A DNA stretch of 64,000 nt from Balanoglossus misakiensis (taxonomy: Eukaryota; Animalia; Hemichordata), in assembly GCA_040954595.2 (NCBI GenBank), contig CM082589.2, positions 11,916,894 to 11,980,893 on the forward strand, in the 5' to 3' direction. Under the pieces are notes generated by a model. That model made no database searches and was not told the origin of the DNA. It saw only the letters and a program-made list of their open reading frames with translations. How positions within the stretch are numbered: the stretch's first letter is position 1; each line of letters begins with the position of its first letter. Made by a program: the position numbers and the translations under genes. Positions 1-10,939 of the stretch are shown here, in pieces.

Positions 1-310
1 TGCTCTAGAGTGCCAGGGCTTTAGCCAAGCCATGCCGTAGGAAATCTGACTTGATCAACGTTGCTAACGAACGCTAGTGTCTGTCATAGTGTGCCGGGGT
101 TTCAGTCGAGCCAAGCCGTAGGAGATCAGACTTGATCAACGTGGTCTCTGTACGCGTGTTTCTGCTCTAGAGTGCCGGGGCTTTATCCAAGCCATGCCGT
201 AGAAAATCTGACTTGATCACCGTTGCTAACGTACGCTAGTGTCTGTCATATTGTGACGGAGATTTAGCCAAGCCAGGCCCTAGAAAAATCGACTTGTTCA
301 ACGTTACCAG

Positions 311-697
311 TGTAGTAACCTCGATGTGCCGTCTCAAATGGTGCCCTAATTCACATCAAAGGCCACAGGGTTCTATAGTATTTGCCGTTAACTAACTGGA
401 GCTCACCATCGCCGACGAACATTCCTTGTCAGATGTCACAGAAAACGCTGCTCGGAACTTTACACGAACATTTAATGACTGAACACACAACACTGGCACT
501 GGATGATGCGTCGCGGTGGTTGAAGTTTCCGTAGAAAACTGGCAAAAATCCCCAGGCTAACTGTGCAAAAGTCCTCACATGTGCGCCATGGAATTTTCCA
601 GATATTTTCTAAACAAAAGCGCATGCGCTAATGTACTCACAGCGCGAGGGCGCTAGACTAAATATTTCAGTTTCTCTAAGAACTGGGCGTCCTTACA
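311..697 (-). repeat. 3' LTR of BEL/Pao element 1 (387 bp)
   Basis: Near-identical to 9309-9694 (about 3 substitutions and 1 indel seen); TG...CA termini. Confidence 0.97.
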
Positions 698-706
698 CCA
701 GCCCCC
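698..706 (-). promoter_or_regulatory. Polypurine tract of BEL/Pao element 1
   Basis: Minus-strand GGGGGCTGG immediately precedes the 3' LTR start TGTAAGG. Confidence 0.75.
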
Positions 707-1065
707 AAATTGTTCATCAAAAAACATTAACAATTTCCATCCTAGCAAATTCAAAACGCCAACATCCATATGTGCCGAAATTACATATCAAATAGAAATT
801 ACAAAACAATATCTATAAATATCTCGAAACGCGAAGTCGAAAGTTTTTCAGGAAACGCGAATACAAGAATCCTTTTCTTCATGAATGTGATGATACATCC
901 TAGACCATGCCCAGACCTCGTCCGGTCAATCATGCTGCCAAGCATGATATCCAACACATCTGTACTTCAAAGATGAGATCAAACGCTGGACGTAGTGGAT
1001 AGACTGGCCACTACTTGAGATCGTTGTTATTACAGCTGCTGGTAACTGCAACCATACCAATACCA

Positions 1066-1957
1066 CTAAGTCTGTGCTTCCAACAATGTGCACAACTTAT
1101 CATATGGTCTTTCTAAAACACTGGATCTGGTCTTCACCAATACTCGTCTCACCACCCCTTTCCGATCAGGCATAACTTTGACGATTACACCCAAAGGCCA
1201 CGCATTTCTGGAGGTGTTCTCCTCCTTTTCCAATACAAATCTGACAGATACTGCACTTGCTTCCATCTGTGAACAGCATACAAGTCGTTCTTCTCCGTCA
1301 CACCAGGGGGTGTTGCTACTCCCTTCATAGTAAGCAACATACTGGGTGTCAATGCTTTTGAGTCTCTAGCGTCGTCCGACGATACTGTAATCTCATGCGG
1401 TCCATCTGTACGACGACTTTTGTTCTTGGCACATCTCAACAATGTGTCAACCACTTTACGTATCCAGGCCACTGCTTTCTTCAGTTTATACCAACTGGAG
1501 TAGTGGTCTATCATTTTCTGAACCGTCTCCTCGGCATTAACGGACATGGATCGATCCGCCCCTTTGTCAGGCGTCTGTCGTTCTCCCGAAACAACAGGTA
1601 CTGTTCCCAACACACGGGTACAGTTTCTTCTTCCGACCTCAAGGCTATTCTATGCACTAGTGCAGATTTCTTCACCTCTGGATCTTCTGGATCTAGCTGT
1701 GTATTGTAGCTATCACTTGGCCATTTGTCTTGTGTCTTCCGCAAGAAATCAGGACCACCTATCCATCTTTCGTTCTTCAGAAAAGCATCTATTTTCTGAC
1801 CTCTAGAGCACTCATCTGCCGGGTTGTCACTGGTATTAATGTAGCGCCAGTTCGCTGGGTCTGATCCTCCTCGAATCACTGCTAGTCTATTCGCCACGAA
1901 GGCATGAAATCTTGTGGTTTCGTTGTTTATGTACCGCAGCACGGTTTTGCTATCCGT
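1066..1957 (-). pseudogene. Disrupted 3' pol of element 1: RNase H tail and integrase C-terminal (DUF5641-like) remnant, integrase zinc finger and core deleted
   Basis: In-frame TGA where Pao elements have W (SVF*TDSKTVLRYI..FVANRL..NPAD). HYSSWYKLKKAVAW..HEITV is joined directly to SDDARDSKALTPSMLL, followed by RWKQVQYLSDLYWKR and WPLGVIVKV.PD..GVVR.V.VKT..ERP..KL. No DFFGP, DNGTNF or WER motifs are present. Confidence 0.9.
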
Positions 1958-4684
1958 TCAAAACACGGATTCATTGATTGGCAAATCCATCTCCTTTCTG
2001 AGAAGTTTGTCAAGCCTCACTGCTACAGTAGCTGCAGTTAATTCCATTCGTGGGATCGATATTTGCTTCAATGGAGCCACTCTTGCTTTGGCCATCATCA
2101 AAGTGCTGTGGATGTTTCCGCTTTTGTCGATCAACCTAAGATATGATACAGTGCCATATCCATTTTCGCTGGCATCAGCAATGTGATGTAGCTGAGCTGT
2201 GTCTACTTCACCAAAGTGCTCGGGCTTTATACATCTGGGTACTGGGAAACACTCTTCTAATTTCGGTAGATCCCTCAACCAATTCTCCCACACTTTGCGT
2301 TGTTTTCCAGGAATATCATCATCCCAGCCTAGTTTTGCTTTACACAGCTGCTGCAAAAGCATCTTGGGTGGCAGAAGCGCTGGTGCTGCCATGCCCAGTG
2401 GGTCGTATAATGAACTAACCACTCCCAGAATTCCTCGTCTGGTCGCTGGTTTCTCTTTAGTACGATTTCTGAATCCGAATTCGTCAGATTCCACGTTCCA
2501 TTGCATACCGAGTGCATGCTCCATTGGCAAGTCATCTCGCTCCAAGTCTAAGTTCTTCACCTCTATCGCCCTTCGTTCTTCAGGTATTGCTTCCAAAACT
2601 GGACGCGTATTGCTGATCCACTTTGTGAGCTTGAACCCTGATTTCTTACAGGTGTCTGTCAGCCCTTCAGCCAAAGACTTTCCTTCCATCACTGTTGATG
2701 CTGCCTTCAACATGTCATCAACGTAGAAGTTTCTAGATATGGTGTTCTTGACACTCAGATCAGAAGTATTGTCTGAAGCTTTCTTCAACGCGAAGTTTGC
2801 ACAACTGGGTGACGATGTAGCCCCGAAGATGTGCACTGTCATTCGGTACTCGACAGGAGGTTCCTCTACATTACCATTAGGCCACCACAGAAAACGCTGG
2901 AAATCTCGGTTTTCTTGCGACACGCCAACTTGAGAGAACATAGCCTCTATATCTGACATCAGTGCTATCCGCTCTTCACGAAAACGTATAAGCACTCCTA
3001 CAAGTGAACTGGTCAGATCCGGTCCTTGCATTAATTCCTTGTTCAAAGAAGTTCCCTTGTATTCTGCACCACAGTCGAAGACTACCCGGATTTTCTGTTT
3101 CTGTGGATGGTATACTCCATGATGGGGAAGATACCATTTCTTTCCAGGATTGCCTTCCAATTCTTCCTGTGGCACCCTTTCAGCATAGCCTTTGTCTATA
3201 ATACTTTCCATGAAGGTAGTATATTCTTGACGATAGTCATCGTTGTTTCTAAATTTCTTTCCCAACTGAGAAAGCCGATATTCTACTGCCACTTTGTTGT
3301 TTGGCATCGTAACACCGTCATCACGAAACGGTAATGGCACCTGGTAATGACCATCAACAAACTGCGTTTGTTCGTACGCAATCCTCATGAACTTTCTATC
3401 TTCAACCGAAACTTCGGGTTTGTCATTTATGATGCGCTCGCTGAACTCGTGATTGAAGAGGTTGATTAACTGCTGATCAATCGCCGGTCCAACTTGTATT
3501 CCACAGACTGTTGCGGCAGTTTCATTTTCTGACACGCCAGCCCCCGTAAGGAAACCATTTACGAACCAGCCTAAACGGGTACGTACGGCAAATGGTCCAT
3601 CTCCATTACTGTTTATCACTTCCCATGGTTCAAACGCTTCAGGAACGTTACCACCGATGAGTAGGCCTATTTCCGCATCTATCTCAGGCAGGCGTACCTT
3701 ACGCAAATAAGGATACTTGCCAATGTCATCTTGTGTAACGATGAGATCTTTCGAAGCAGGAATTTTCTCTTGCGTATATGTAGCTGGAAGTTTGATGATG
3801 TAATGCTCATCAAGATCTGAAACTTCTAGACCCTTGATAACACGACTATCAGCTGATTTACTTCCAGTGATAGTGTTTAGCATAATCTTTGTTTTCTTAC
3901 CACCGACGTTCAGTTGTCGACGAAGTGTTTCCGTACAGAATACTGTGTCACTGCCGTTGTCAATAAAGGCGTACGTTTGTACACTAAGACCACTCGATCT
4001 ACATTTAACCTTGACGGGAATAATCACGGGTTTATATGCACACTCTCCATTCCCCGCAGATCTACATGATGCGTCAATCATCCCCACATTCGTTAACACG
4101 GGTTTTCCAGACTGGTCTTTGGTTTTGTTGAAGTGCAACACGGTCAGATGCAGCTTGCCACATTTTTCACAAGTCAGCTTGCTTGTACAGTCTTTCACCA
4201 TATGTTTTCCATCTTTCAGGCAACCAAAACATAACCCTTTTGTTTTTATGAGCCGTTTCTTGTCATCGTAAGCCTTGGAGGCAAACACTTGACAGTCTTG
4301 AAATTCATGTGTACTGTCTGCACAACACAAACACGGAGTAACAGTCTCTGTGCTGACTGTGTAGGCGTTGCGTCTTTGTGTACCACTAGTTGCTTTCTTG
4401 ATGTTCTTTGCTCCCTTGTCCTTGGATGGAATGCCGGCGAGGTTACCAAACACCTCTTGGGACATTATCTTGGCTTCCCTGTTGACAAATTCCACAAGAT
4501 CTTTGAACTGCACTGATCGTTGTTGTACGATACTGTATGTTCTGCTGCGCCACCGGTCTCTCAACTTGAAAGGCAGTTTGTAAACCAACATTTGCAAGTT
4601 TTTGTAGTGGTTGAGCTCTCTCAGATGTGATTCACCTTTCATAGCATTTTCACACTTGGTCAAGAAAAGAGCGAAATCTTTCAA
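1958..4684 (-). CDS. BEL/Pao Gag-Pol fragment (908 aa): Gag zinc knuckles, aspartic protease, reverse transcriptase, RNase H
   Basis: Three CX2C..H knuckles; protease YAFIDNGSD; RT WYLPHHGV/RVVFDC/GPDLT/FGATSSP/YVDD; RNase H ADASENGYG..YLR..KARVAP..IPRMEL. Confidence 0.95.
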   Translation of the reverse strand: MKDFALFLTKCENAMKGESHLRELNHYKNLQMLVYKLPFKLRDRWRSRTYSIVQQRSVQFKDLVEFVNREAKIMSQEVFGNLAGIPSKDKGAKNIKKATSGTQRRNAYTVSTETVTPCLCCADSTHEFQDCQVFASKAYDDKKRLIKTKGLCFGCLKDGKHMVKDCTSKLTCEKCGKLHLTVLHFNKTKDQSGKPVLTNVGMIDASCRSAGNGECAYKPVIIPVKVKCRSSGLSVQTYAFIDNGSDTVFCTETLRRQLNVGGKKTKIMLNTITGSKSADSRVIKGLEVSDLDEHYIIKLPATYTQEKIPASKDLIVTQDDIGKYPYLRKVRLPEIDAEIGLLIGGNVPEAFEPWEVINSNGDGPFAVRTRLGWFVNGFLTGAGVSENETAATVCGIQVGPAIDQQLINLFNHEFSERIINDKPEVSVEDRKFMRIAYEQTQFVDGHYQVPLPFRDDGVTMPNNKVAVEYRLSQLGKKFRNNDDYRQEYTTFMESIIDKGYAERVPQEELEGNPGKKWYLPHHGVYHPQKQKIRVVFDCGAEYKGTSLNKELMQGPDLTSSLVGVLIRFREERIALMSDIEAMFSQVGVSQENRDFQRFLWWPNGNVEEPPVEYRMTVHIFGATSSPSCANFALKKASDNTSDLSVKNTISRNFYVDDMLKAASTVMEGKSLAEGLTDTCKKSGFKLTKWISNTRPVLEAIPEERRAIEVKNLDLERDDLPMEHALGMQWNVESDEFGFRNRTKEKPATRRGILGVVSSLYDPLGMAAPALLPPKMLLQQLCKAKLGWDDDIPGKQRKVWENWLRDLPKLEECFPVPRCIKPEHFGEVDTAQLHHIADASENGYGTVSYLRLIDKSGNIHSTLMMAKARVAPLKQISIPRMELTAATVAVRLDKLLRKEMDLPINESVF

Positions 4685-4691
4685 AGCGGTC

Positions 4692-5531
4692 TTATCCTCG
4701 GATTTCTGCTTGCTTGGTGTAGGCTCTGGCCGTCACGTATGGATTGCCGAACTCAGTTTCAAGCAATTTTCTGGCTCTTTCGTATCCTTCATTCGCTTCC
4801 ATGTGAATGCAACTGCTCACTATTTCTCTCGGTTCACCACGTGTATACTGCTCCAAGTAATACAAACGATCATCAGGATCTTCAGTGTTAGATTCTATGC
4901 CATGCCGAAAGGCACGTATAAATGATTTATACTGCAATGGGTCCCCATCGAACACGGGTATCGATTGCGGTGGTAAAGCGGCACGCTTGTTATGCTCAAA
5001 CAACAGTTTAGTAACTGTGGCTAGGTTATGATCACTACAGGAACTGTGGCTGCTATTGCTACCTGTACACGAACCAAGGTCAGGACTGAATTTCGTCTGC
5101 TTGTTTACATCGGGTTTTCTTTTTTCTGGACTGCATACAATGCTGTCGACAGGACTATCAGACTTAGTAACGTTGGGACTATCACATGTGTGGAAACTAC
5201 CCAAGTTGCTAGCACTTGAACTCTTCATCTTGATGTTGCCCCGAAATGCAGCGGGTGTCTTAAAGAGATCTTGTAGGTTGTATTCTTGTAAACTACTTTC
5301 ATCTTCACCATTTTCAAAATGACGATACACTTCGATTATTGCATTCTGTTCAGCAATTTCTGTTTTGATTTCCAACAATTGTTTTTGTTTGTTTATTTTG
5401 GATTGTTCTTCGTTTATTTTGAATTCCAATTCGTCTAATTTCTGTTTTTCCTCCAAACCTGCCATACGAGTCATCAGTTCTGCCCGTTTCACTGCGGCTG
5501 CGATTATAGATGCCTTGCTATTAATACTACT
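4692..5531 (-). pseudogene. Gag, central part (coiled coil plus DUF1759-like capsid), frameshifted relative to the downstream ORF
   Basis: LPPQSIPVFDGDPLQYKSF..RLYYLEQYTRGEP..GYERA..L..EFG is the typical Pao gag capsid motif. Confidence 0.9.
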
Positions 5532-8495
5532 CAGTCTGATTTCAGGGTACCTAATTTACATGCATTTGCATAAAATCATTTCAAATGAACAGCGCCCCCG
5601 TGCTTAAGTATGTGTCCGTTAGGATTTTTTCCCGAGGTACCGATAATCTCACTTTTCCAGCTTAATACTGCGTTAGAAGAATTATTCTCATCCCGAAACT
5701 GACGTATACCCGGTAAGTTGCTGTTTCTATCATATTTCACGCCATTGTTAGTCCAAAGAATTAGGTTATACGCGTTTCGAGTGGTGTGCCCGTACGGACT
5801 TTCACGATTTTTCCGTGATTTTCAACACTGCCCCGCGTCTAAGTGCCGGTTTTTAAAAATCGAAAATTGACATAAATCGTTGAGTTGATTATTGTTTTAT
5901 CGAAATTTGCGTATTTTTAGTCTGCTCAAGGTCCGGAAAAATTGCGAACGCCTGTTTACTGAATGTGTGTATGTACCGTGTTCTAACATGGCGGCGGAAG
6001 GAATCCATACCCGGAAGTAGCGAATGCGCGACTGTGGCAAGCTATTTTAGATCATTATGTCCCGGTCCAATTTCGTAATTTTCTTGCTGAGAGCTCTGAT
6101 TGGACATGATTTTTGGCGCAATGATGGGACAGTAGGTGTCCAGACGTCATCGTAGACCTTAAAGGGACAAAGTCTCTCTCTAGCTGCCTTTTTTCCATTA
6201 ATTATATTTGATACAAGACACCGTTTGTTATTCTACATGTGGATATATAGTGAATCAACGTTCAACCACACACAACTTCCATCCCTCTTATAGACAGGAG
6301 AGTGAAAAAACTCGCCAAAATGAATAATCGTTCTTTACCATTTATTCATTTTGGGCGAGTTTTTACTCTCATATCTTACAAGTGGGATGGAAGTTGTGTG
6401 TGGTCGAATGTAGATTTACTATATATCCACATGTACATTAACATAAACAGTGTCTTGTATCAAACATAATTAGTGGAAAAAGGGCAGCGAGAGAGAGACT
6501 TTGTCCCTTTAAGTAAGCGCGCCGGAGGGAAAGTTTCCCGGGCAGCATCATTCCTTGCTTGGCGTGCACTGTTGCAGCAGTGTCGTGTGTGTGTGGAAGC
6601 CGGAGCAAGTGTTTCTCAAATCTCTTGTTGAGAACTTCACCAATAATTATCGTACGCCTTACAGTTTGTTTCTTTGTCTTTCAGGAGACAACGAAGAAAG
6701 AAGTGCGTCTGTGCTGATCGATCGGTGTTTTACTTTTAGTGAGTCTGCGTGTAGTGTGGTTAGTGGCCAGTTCCCACACTTTTTTGCATTCAGGAGTTTC
6801 CTTTATTAATCTTGCTTTCCTCAGTTGTTACCTTTTATATATTATATTGTATTTATTTGACAATAAAAATTAAAAAGGTAAATTTCATTAACTGTTATTG
6901 TTTGAGTATTACTGAACAGGCATTTTCCAGTCTGTGTAGGAGTAGTCTGTGTGGTTTTAGCTTGACTGACAATTGTCTAGTCTGCACTGTGCAGAGTTTT
7001 TGTGAACTGATATTTAGTCTAGTCTTTGCAGGGTGTGTGTGTGTGTGAACTGGCATTTGTCTGGGCTGTCTGTGCAGAGTGACAGTGAAAGGCTTTTGTC
7101 CAGTCTGGGCATAGTAACTGATTGGGCATTTATCAGTCTGTCTATGCAAGTCATATTTTTCTATAGTCATTTTCAGTCTTTTAACTGCAACATACTTTAT
7201 CTTTGTGAAGCTTTTCATAATGGTGAGAAAGGGGTCGTTTGTGTTTTCCTCCAAGAGTAGAGATAGTTTGCTGGTTTTAAATAGACTGCTGAGGTCTATG
7301 GCAAATGCCACAGATGGAAGGAATAACATTCTAAACTCCATAAAGACCACTATACATAACAAACTGTGAAAACACTAGAAGTGGTAAAAACACCAGTAGA
7401 AGTTATATTGACAGAGTAAGTGAAGATGATTCAATTCTAGAAATGATTATGAATGAAGAAATGGTGGATACTTTTGAAACGTTTGACATACTAGAGATAG
7501 AAGAGGTAGAACAGGAATACCAATTACCTGAGGAAGATTTACAAGAGAGTACAACAAATGCATATGAAAAATGATACAAATAATTACAGTGATTATTCAG
7601 ATATGGAGTTAGAAAACTAAATGTAGAATTATAAGGCTGGCAATAATTTTATTGATTGAAAAAATATACATAAAATTCTTAAATTAGAAATAATCAAAAA
7701 GAAAAAAAAATGTTTTTAAAAATTGCCAAATTACCAATCAATGTCAGAAAAAGGAGAGTTGGACCAGTGTAGTCTGTTGTAGTACACCATGATTTCATTG
7801 TCAGATACACCTCACAGTCACCACTATGCATACTATGTACATACTGTCTATGCAGACCGCCACTTATCCGGGTTAATCTCTAAAACACATGAATATCCAT
7901 TGTCAAAACCTAGGCTGTACTCATCTGCAATGTTATGTTCAGTGTAAAGTCCCGGCAGACTGCCGGTGACTGTGATTTGATCTGCCGAGTTTCCGTGTTA
8001 CGCAATCGAAACACCCTTACGGAGGTCCTATACATATAGTATGTTGCTTGAGAGGTCACATTCAACACTGCCCCGCGTCAAAGTGCTTCACCGTAGGCAA
8101 ACCAAACTTGGCACAGTTATAGCTAATACATAGACCATGTGAAAAACCGTATTTACGCTTCTGCTCAAGACCCTCTAATTTTTGTATCGCTTCTCAAAAA
8201 TTAGCATTCACATTCATAACATCGTACGATCGAGTCACTGCCACATCGCCAGTATGCAGGGTTTCAAAATAATTTATTACAGCTGAAACGAGCGTCATAA
8301 AACGTAAGACAACGTCCTTTTAGACAATAATTGGTGGAAAACGAACCTTGTCATCCAAAATTAAAGCGTGTACACCTCTTTTCATGCCAGCATGCAGGTT
8401 TCAAGTTTTCGGTAGGCCGCCATATTGGATAGAAGTGAAAACGAGGCTCTCTGTTGTAAGATTTTGGCGAATTTCAATAGGCTGAGATCAGACTG
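5532..8495. mobile_element. 2.96 kb non-autonomous TIR DNA transposon inserted in gag (superfamily uncertain, possibly Academ-like)
   Basis: 14 bp TIRs CAGTCTGATTTCAG and CTGAGATCAGACTG (1 mismatch). 4 bp TSD TACT at 5528-5531 and 8496-8499. Excision restores the gag frame. No transposase ORF. Confidence 0.85.
6163..6508. mobile_element. 346 bp palindromic MITE with TTAA TSD (Kolobok-like AGGG...CCCT termini)
   Basis: TTAA|AGGGACAAAGTCTCTCTC ... GAGAGAGACTTTGTCCCT|TTAA. The two halves are imperfect inverted repeats over nearly the whole length. Confidence 0.9.
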
Positions 8496-9030
8496 TACTA
8501 CCACGTGAGGACACGTGTGATGACACTCTGCTTGATCTTGCTGATTTAAATCTAGGTGTCTTACTACCAATATGGGACACGCTATCTTCTGGCCCCACAG
8601 TGTCTGCCAACATGGAATCATGCAGCCCATGGCGAAATAGCCAGGTGTCAACTACATGCTGAAATTCATCAAACCCAGTCATACGTGGTAATGACCAACT
8701 GGTATACATATGTTGTTTTTCTTTTTCATCCAATGACTCATGGTATTTGACATCAGCCTCTTTGAAGTTTTCAAAGGCAACTTCACATTCTTTCATTTTA
8801 GTTTTCACCAAAATACCATTGACTTTATCTTCCATCAGAGATGTTATCTGATTCATCAATGTTGTTACTCTACCATAGATGTGTGATCTGGTAGTTTTCA
8901 ATCTTTCTCTTTCAGCTTCTTTGTGCTTGTCTGTTTTTATGGAGACACGCTTGGTGTTTTCTGGATTACCAGTAAACAAATCATTTTTCTCTGTTTCCAC
9001 CATGACCTTTGTATCATCATTGGTGGCCAT
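8496..9030 (-). pseudogene. Gag N-terminus of element 1, separated from the rest of gag by the TIR insertion
   Basis: ORF MATND...VGPEDSVS...SSRG. Removing 5532-8495 plus one TACT copy gives in-frame ..SSRG-SSINSKASIIAAAVKRAELM.. Confidence 0.88.
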
Positions 9031-9308
9031 TTTGCTTCTTATTCTGTATAAATTCACTGTGCTGAATGATACCCAATGCGCCCTGTACGTACGATATGCG
9101 CGGTCGAGTACTAGTATGACACAATGACCTTGAAGCTTCTGACATGCGCAGTGGCGTCTTGACCACGAACGCCAGTTTTCCTCAGCTGAGCCGAGTCCAA
9201 TGTACTGCTAGACAGGAAAATACTGATAATAAATCGCTGTCCTACCAGATTCTTTCTACCAATCTTCCGAAGGTGACAGTTTCTGCCCGGTCGATCACAG
9301 TTTTCTAC

Positions 9309-9694
9309 TGTAGTAACCTCGATGTGCCGTCTCAAATGGCGCCCTAATTCACATCAAAGGCCACAGGGTTCTATAGTATTTGCCGTTAACTAACTGGAGC
9401 TCACCATCGCCGACGAACATTCCTTGTCAGATGTCACAGAAAACGCTGCTCGGAACTTTACACGAACATTTAATGACTGAACATACAACACTGGCACTGG
9501 ATGATGCGTCGCGGTGGTTGAAGTTTCCGTAGAAAACTGCCAAAATCCCCAGGCTAACTGTGCAAAAGTCCTCACATGTGCGCCATGGAATTTTCCAGAT
9601 ATTTTCTAAACAAAAGCGCATGCGCTAATGTACTCACAGCGCGAGGGCGCTAGACTAAATATTTCAGTTTCTCTAAGAACTGGGCGTCCTTACA
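9309..9694 (-). repeat. 5' LTR of BEL/Pao element 1 (386 bp)
   Basis: Direct repeat of 311-697; followed on the plus strand by the TSD ACCAG. Confidence 0.97.
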
Positions 9695-9769
9695 ACCAGT
9701 GTGCAACTATAGTGTCAGGGTTTTAGCCGACTTATGCTGTAGGAAATCTGAGTTGATGAACGGGAATTC

Positions 9770-10740
9770 AATGTTAGAAAACCCGTGTGGAAAGTATCTC
9801 TACCCGTTCGAAACTAAGAAAAGAATTTATTCTTATTTATTTTGTAAAAAAGACAATATTTCGAAAAAAAGTCGAAAATGGTAATTTTGTCTTGGGTGAT
9901 TCAAATTATACCGCCTTTTCTGGAATTTGCAGCACTTTTTACAAGAGAACGACACTTCATGATCCATAATATTTCCGAAAATGAAGAAAAGAGTTAATTT
10001 TTCATGATTTTTTAAAAATTTACCATTTTTGTCAAAATATGGCCAAAATGGCTATTTTTTCTTGAATTCCGTCAATATCTCTGCATTTTTGGAGTGGTCG
10101 AAAGTTTTAACATACAATCAACATGTCATATATGATCGGGGCACCAAATTCGAAAAAGAAAGGTTTTTTTATTTTTTTTTCTAAAGATGACATTTTCAAG
10201 GAAAATTTGGTAAAACGCAATTTTGTCTGCAGTGAGCCAAATTAGACGGTATTTTGTGGAATTTGTATCGATATATACATACGAAGAGCATTCTATACTC
10301 CATCAGATTTCCGAAAATGTAGAAAACAGGTATTTTTTGTAATTTTCAAAAATTTACCATTTTGACCATATTGTGGCTAAAATTGTTATTTTCGTGTTGA
10401 ATGCCGCCAGTGTCACTGCTTTTAAAAGTCATAAAAACTTTTAACATACAAGCAATTGTTTATATATGATGAGGTCACCGAATTAAAAAAATAAAGAATG
10501 TTTTGCCTAAAAATGACCTTTTAGGTGCAAAAACGAATAAAACGTAATTTTGTATTAAATCAGCTCATTCAGAGTGCATTTTTTATAATCAGCACCATTT
10601 TTACATAAAATGGAAATTTCATACATCATCAGATATCCAAATATGAAAAAATGATTTAGATTTTAGATGATTGTCCAAAATTAGCTGATATCTAATAAAT
10701 GTAGTATTGAACCGTTCTGTTCCCTCCCCCCCCCCCCTAC
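9770..10740. repeat. AT-rich module of the satellite unit (representative copy): ~5.5 diverged ~165-170 bp monomers ending in a poly-C tract
   Basis: ATTTCCGAAAATG, AAAATTTACCATTTT, TTTTAACATACAA and AAAACG(C/T)AATTTTGT each recur about 330 bp apart. Monomer starts are near 9892, 10062, 10229, 10397 and 10555. Confidence 0.8.
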
Positions 10741-10939
10741 ATTATATGCGGTACGCCGATGTCAGCTTACCCGGCAGTACTGCAGGCCGTGCCCCCAACT
10801 AACGTCGGTGTTTGAAACGCCGTGGTTAAATTCGGGCGCTCTCTATAAATTGACAGGCAATAATGCAGTCCTACCCGAACAAATGTCGAGTGTTGACCCG
10901 CTGTGACTTTCCCTCTTCGGTTTGCCCGACTTAGCCAAC

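Larger units (their letters stand above)
311..9694 (-). mobile_element. BEL/Pao LTR retrotransposon 1; intact boundaries but defective (integrase core deleted, gag interrupted)
   Basis: Direct-repeat LTRs TGT...ACA at 311-697 and 9309-9694. 5 bp TSD ACCAG at 306-310 and 9695-9699 within the satellite. Minus-strand gag-PR-RT-RNaseH-IN order with Pao-type motifs. Confidence 0.97.

Noticed and set aside
698-1065. env-like or extra ORF in the 3' region of BEL element 1
   Set aside because: The region is under 400 bp and holds only a short antisense ORF with no recognisable motifs.
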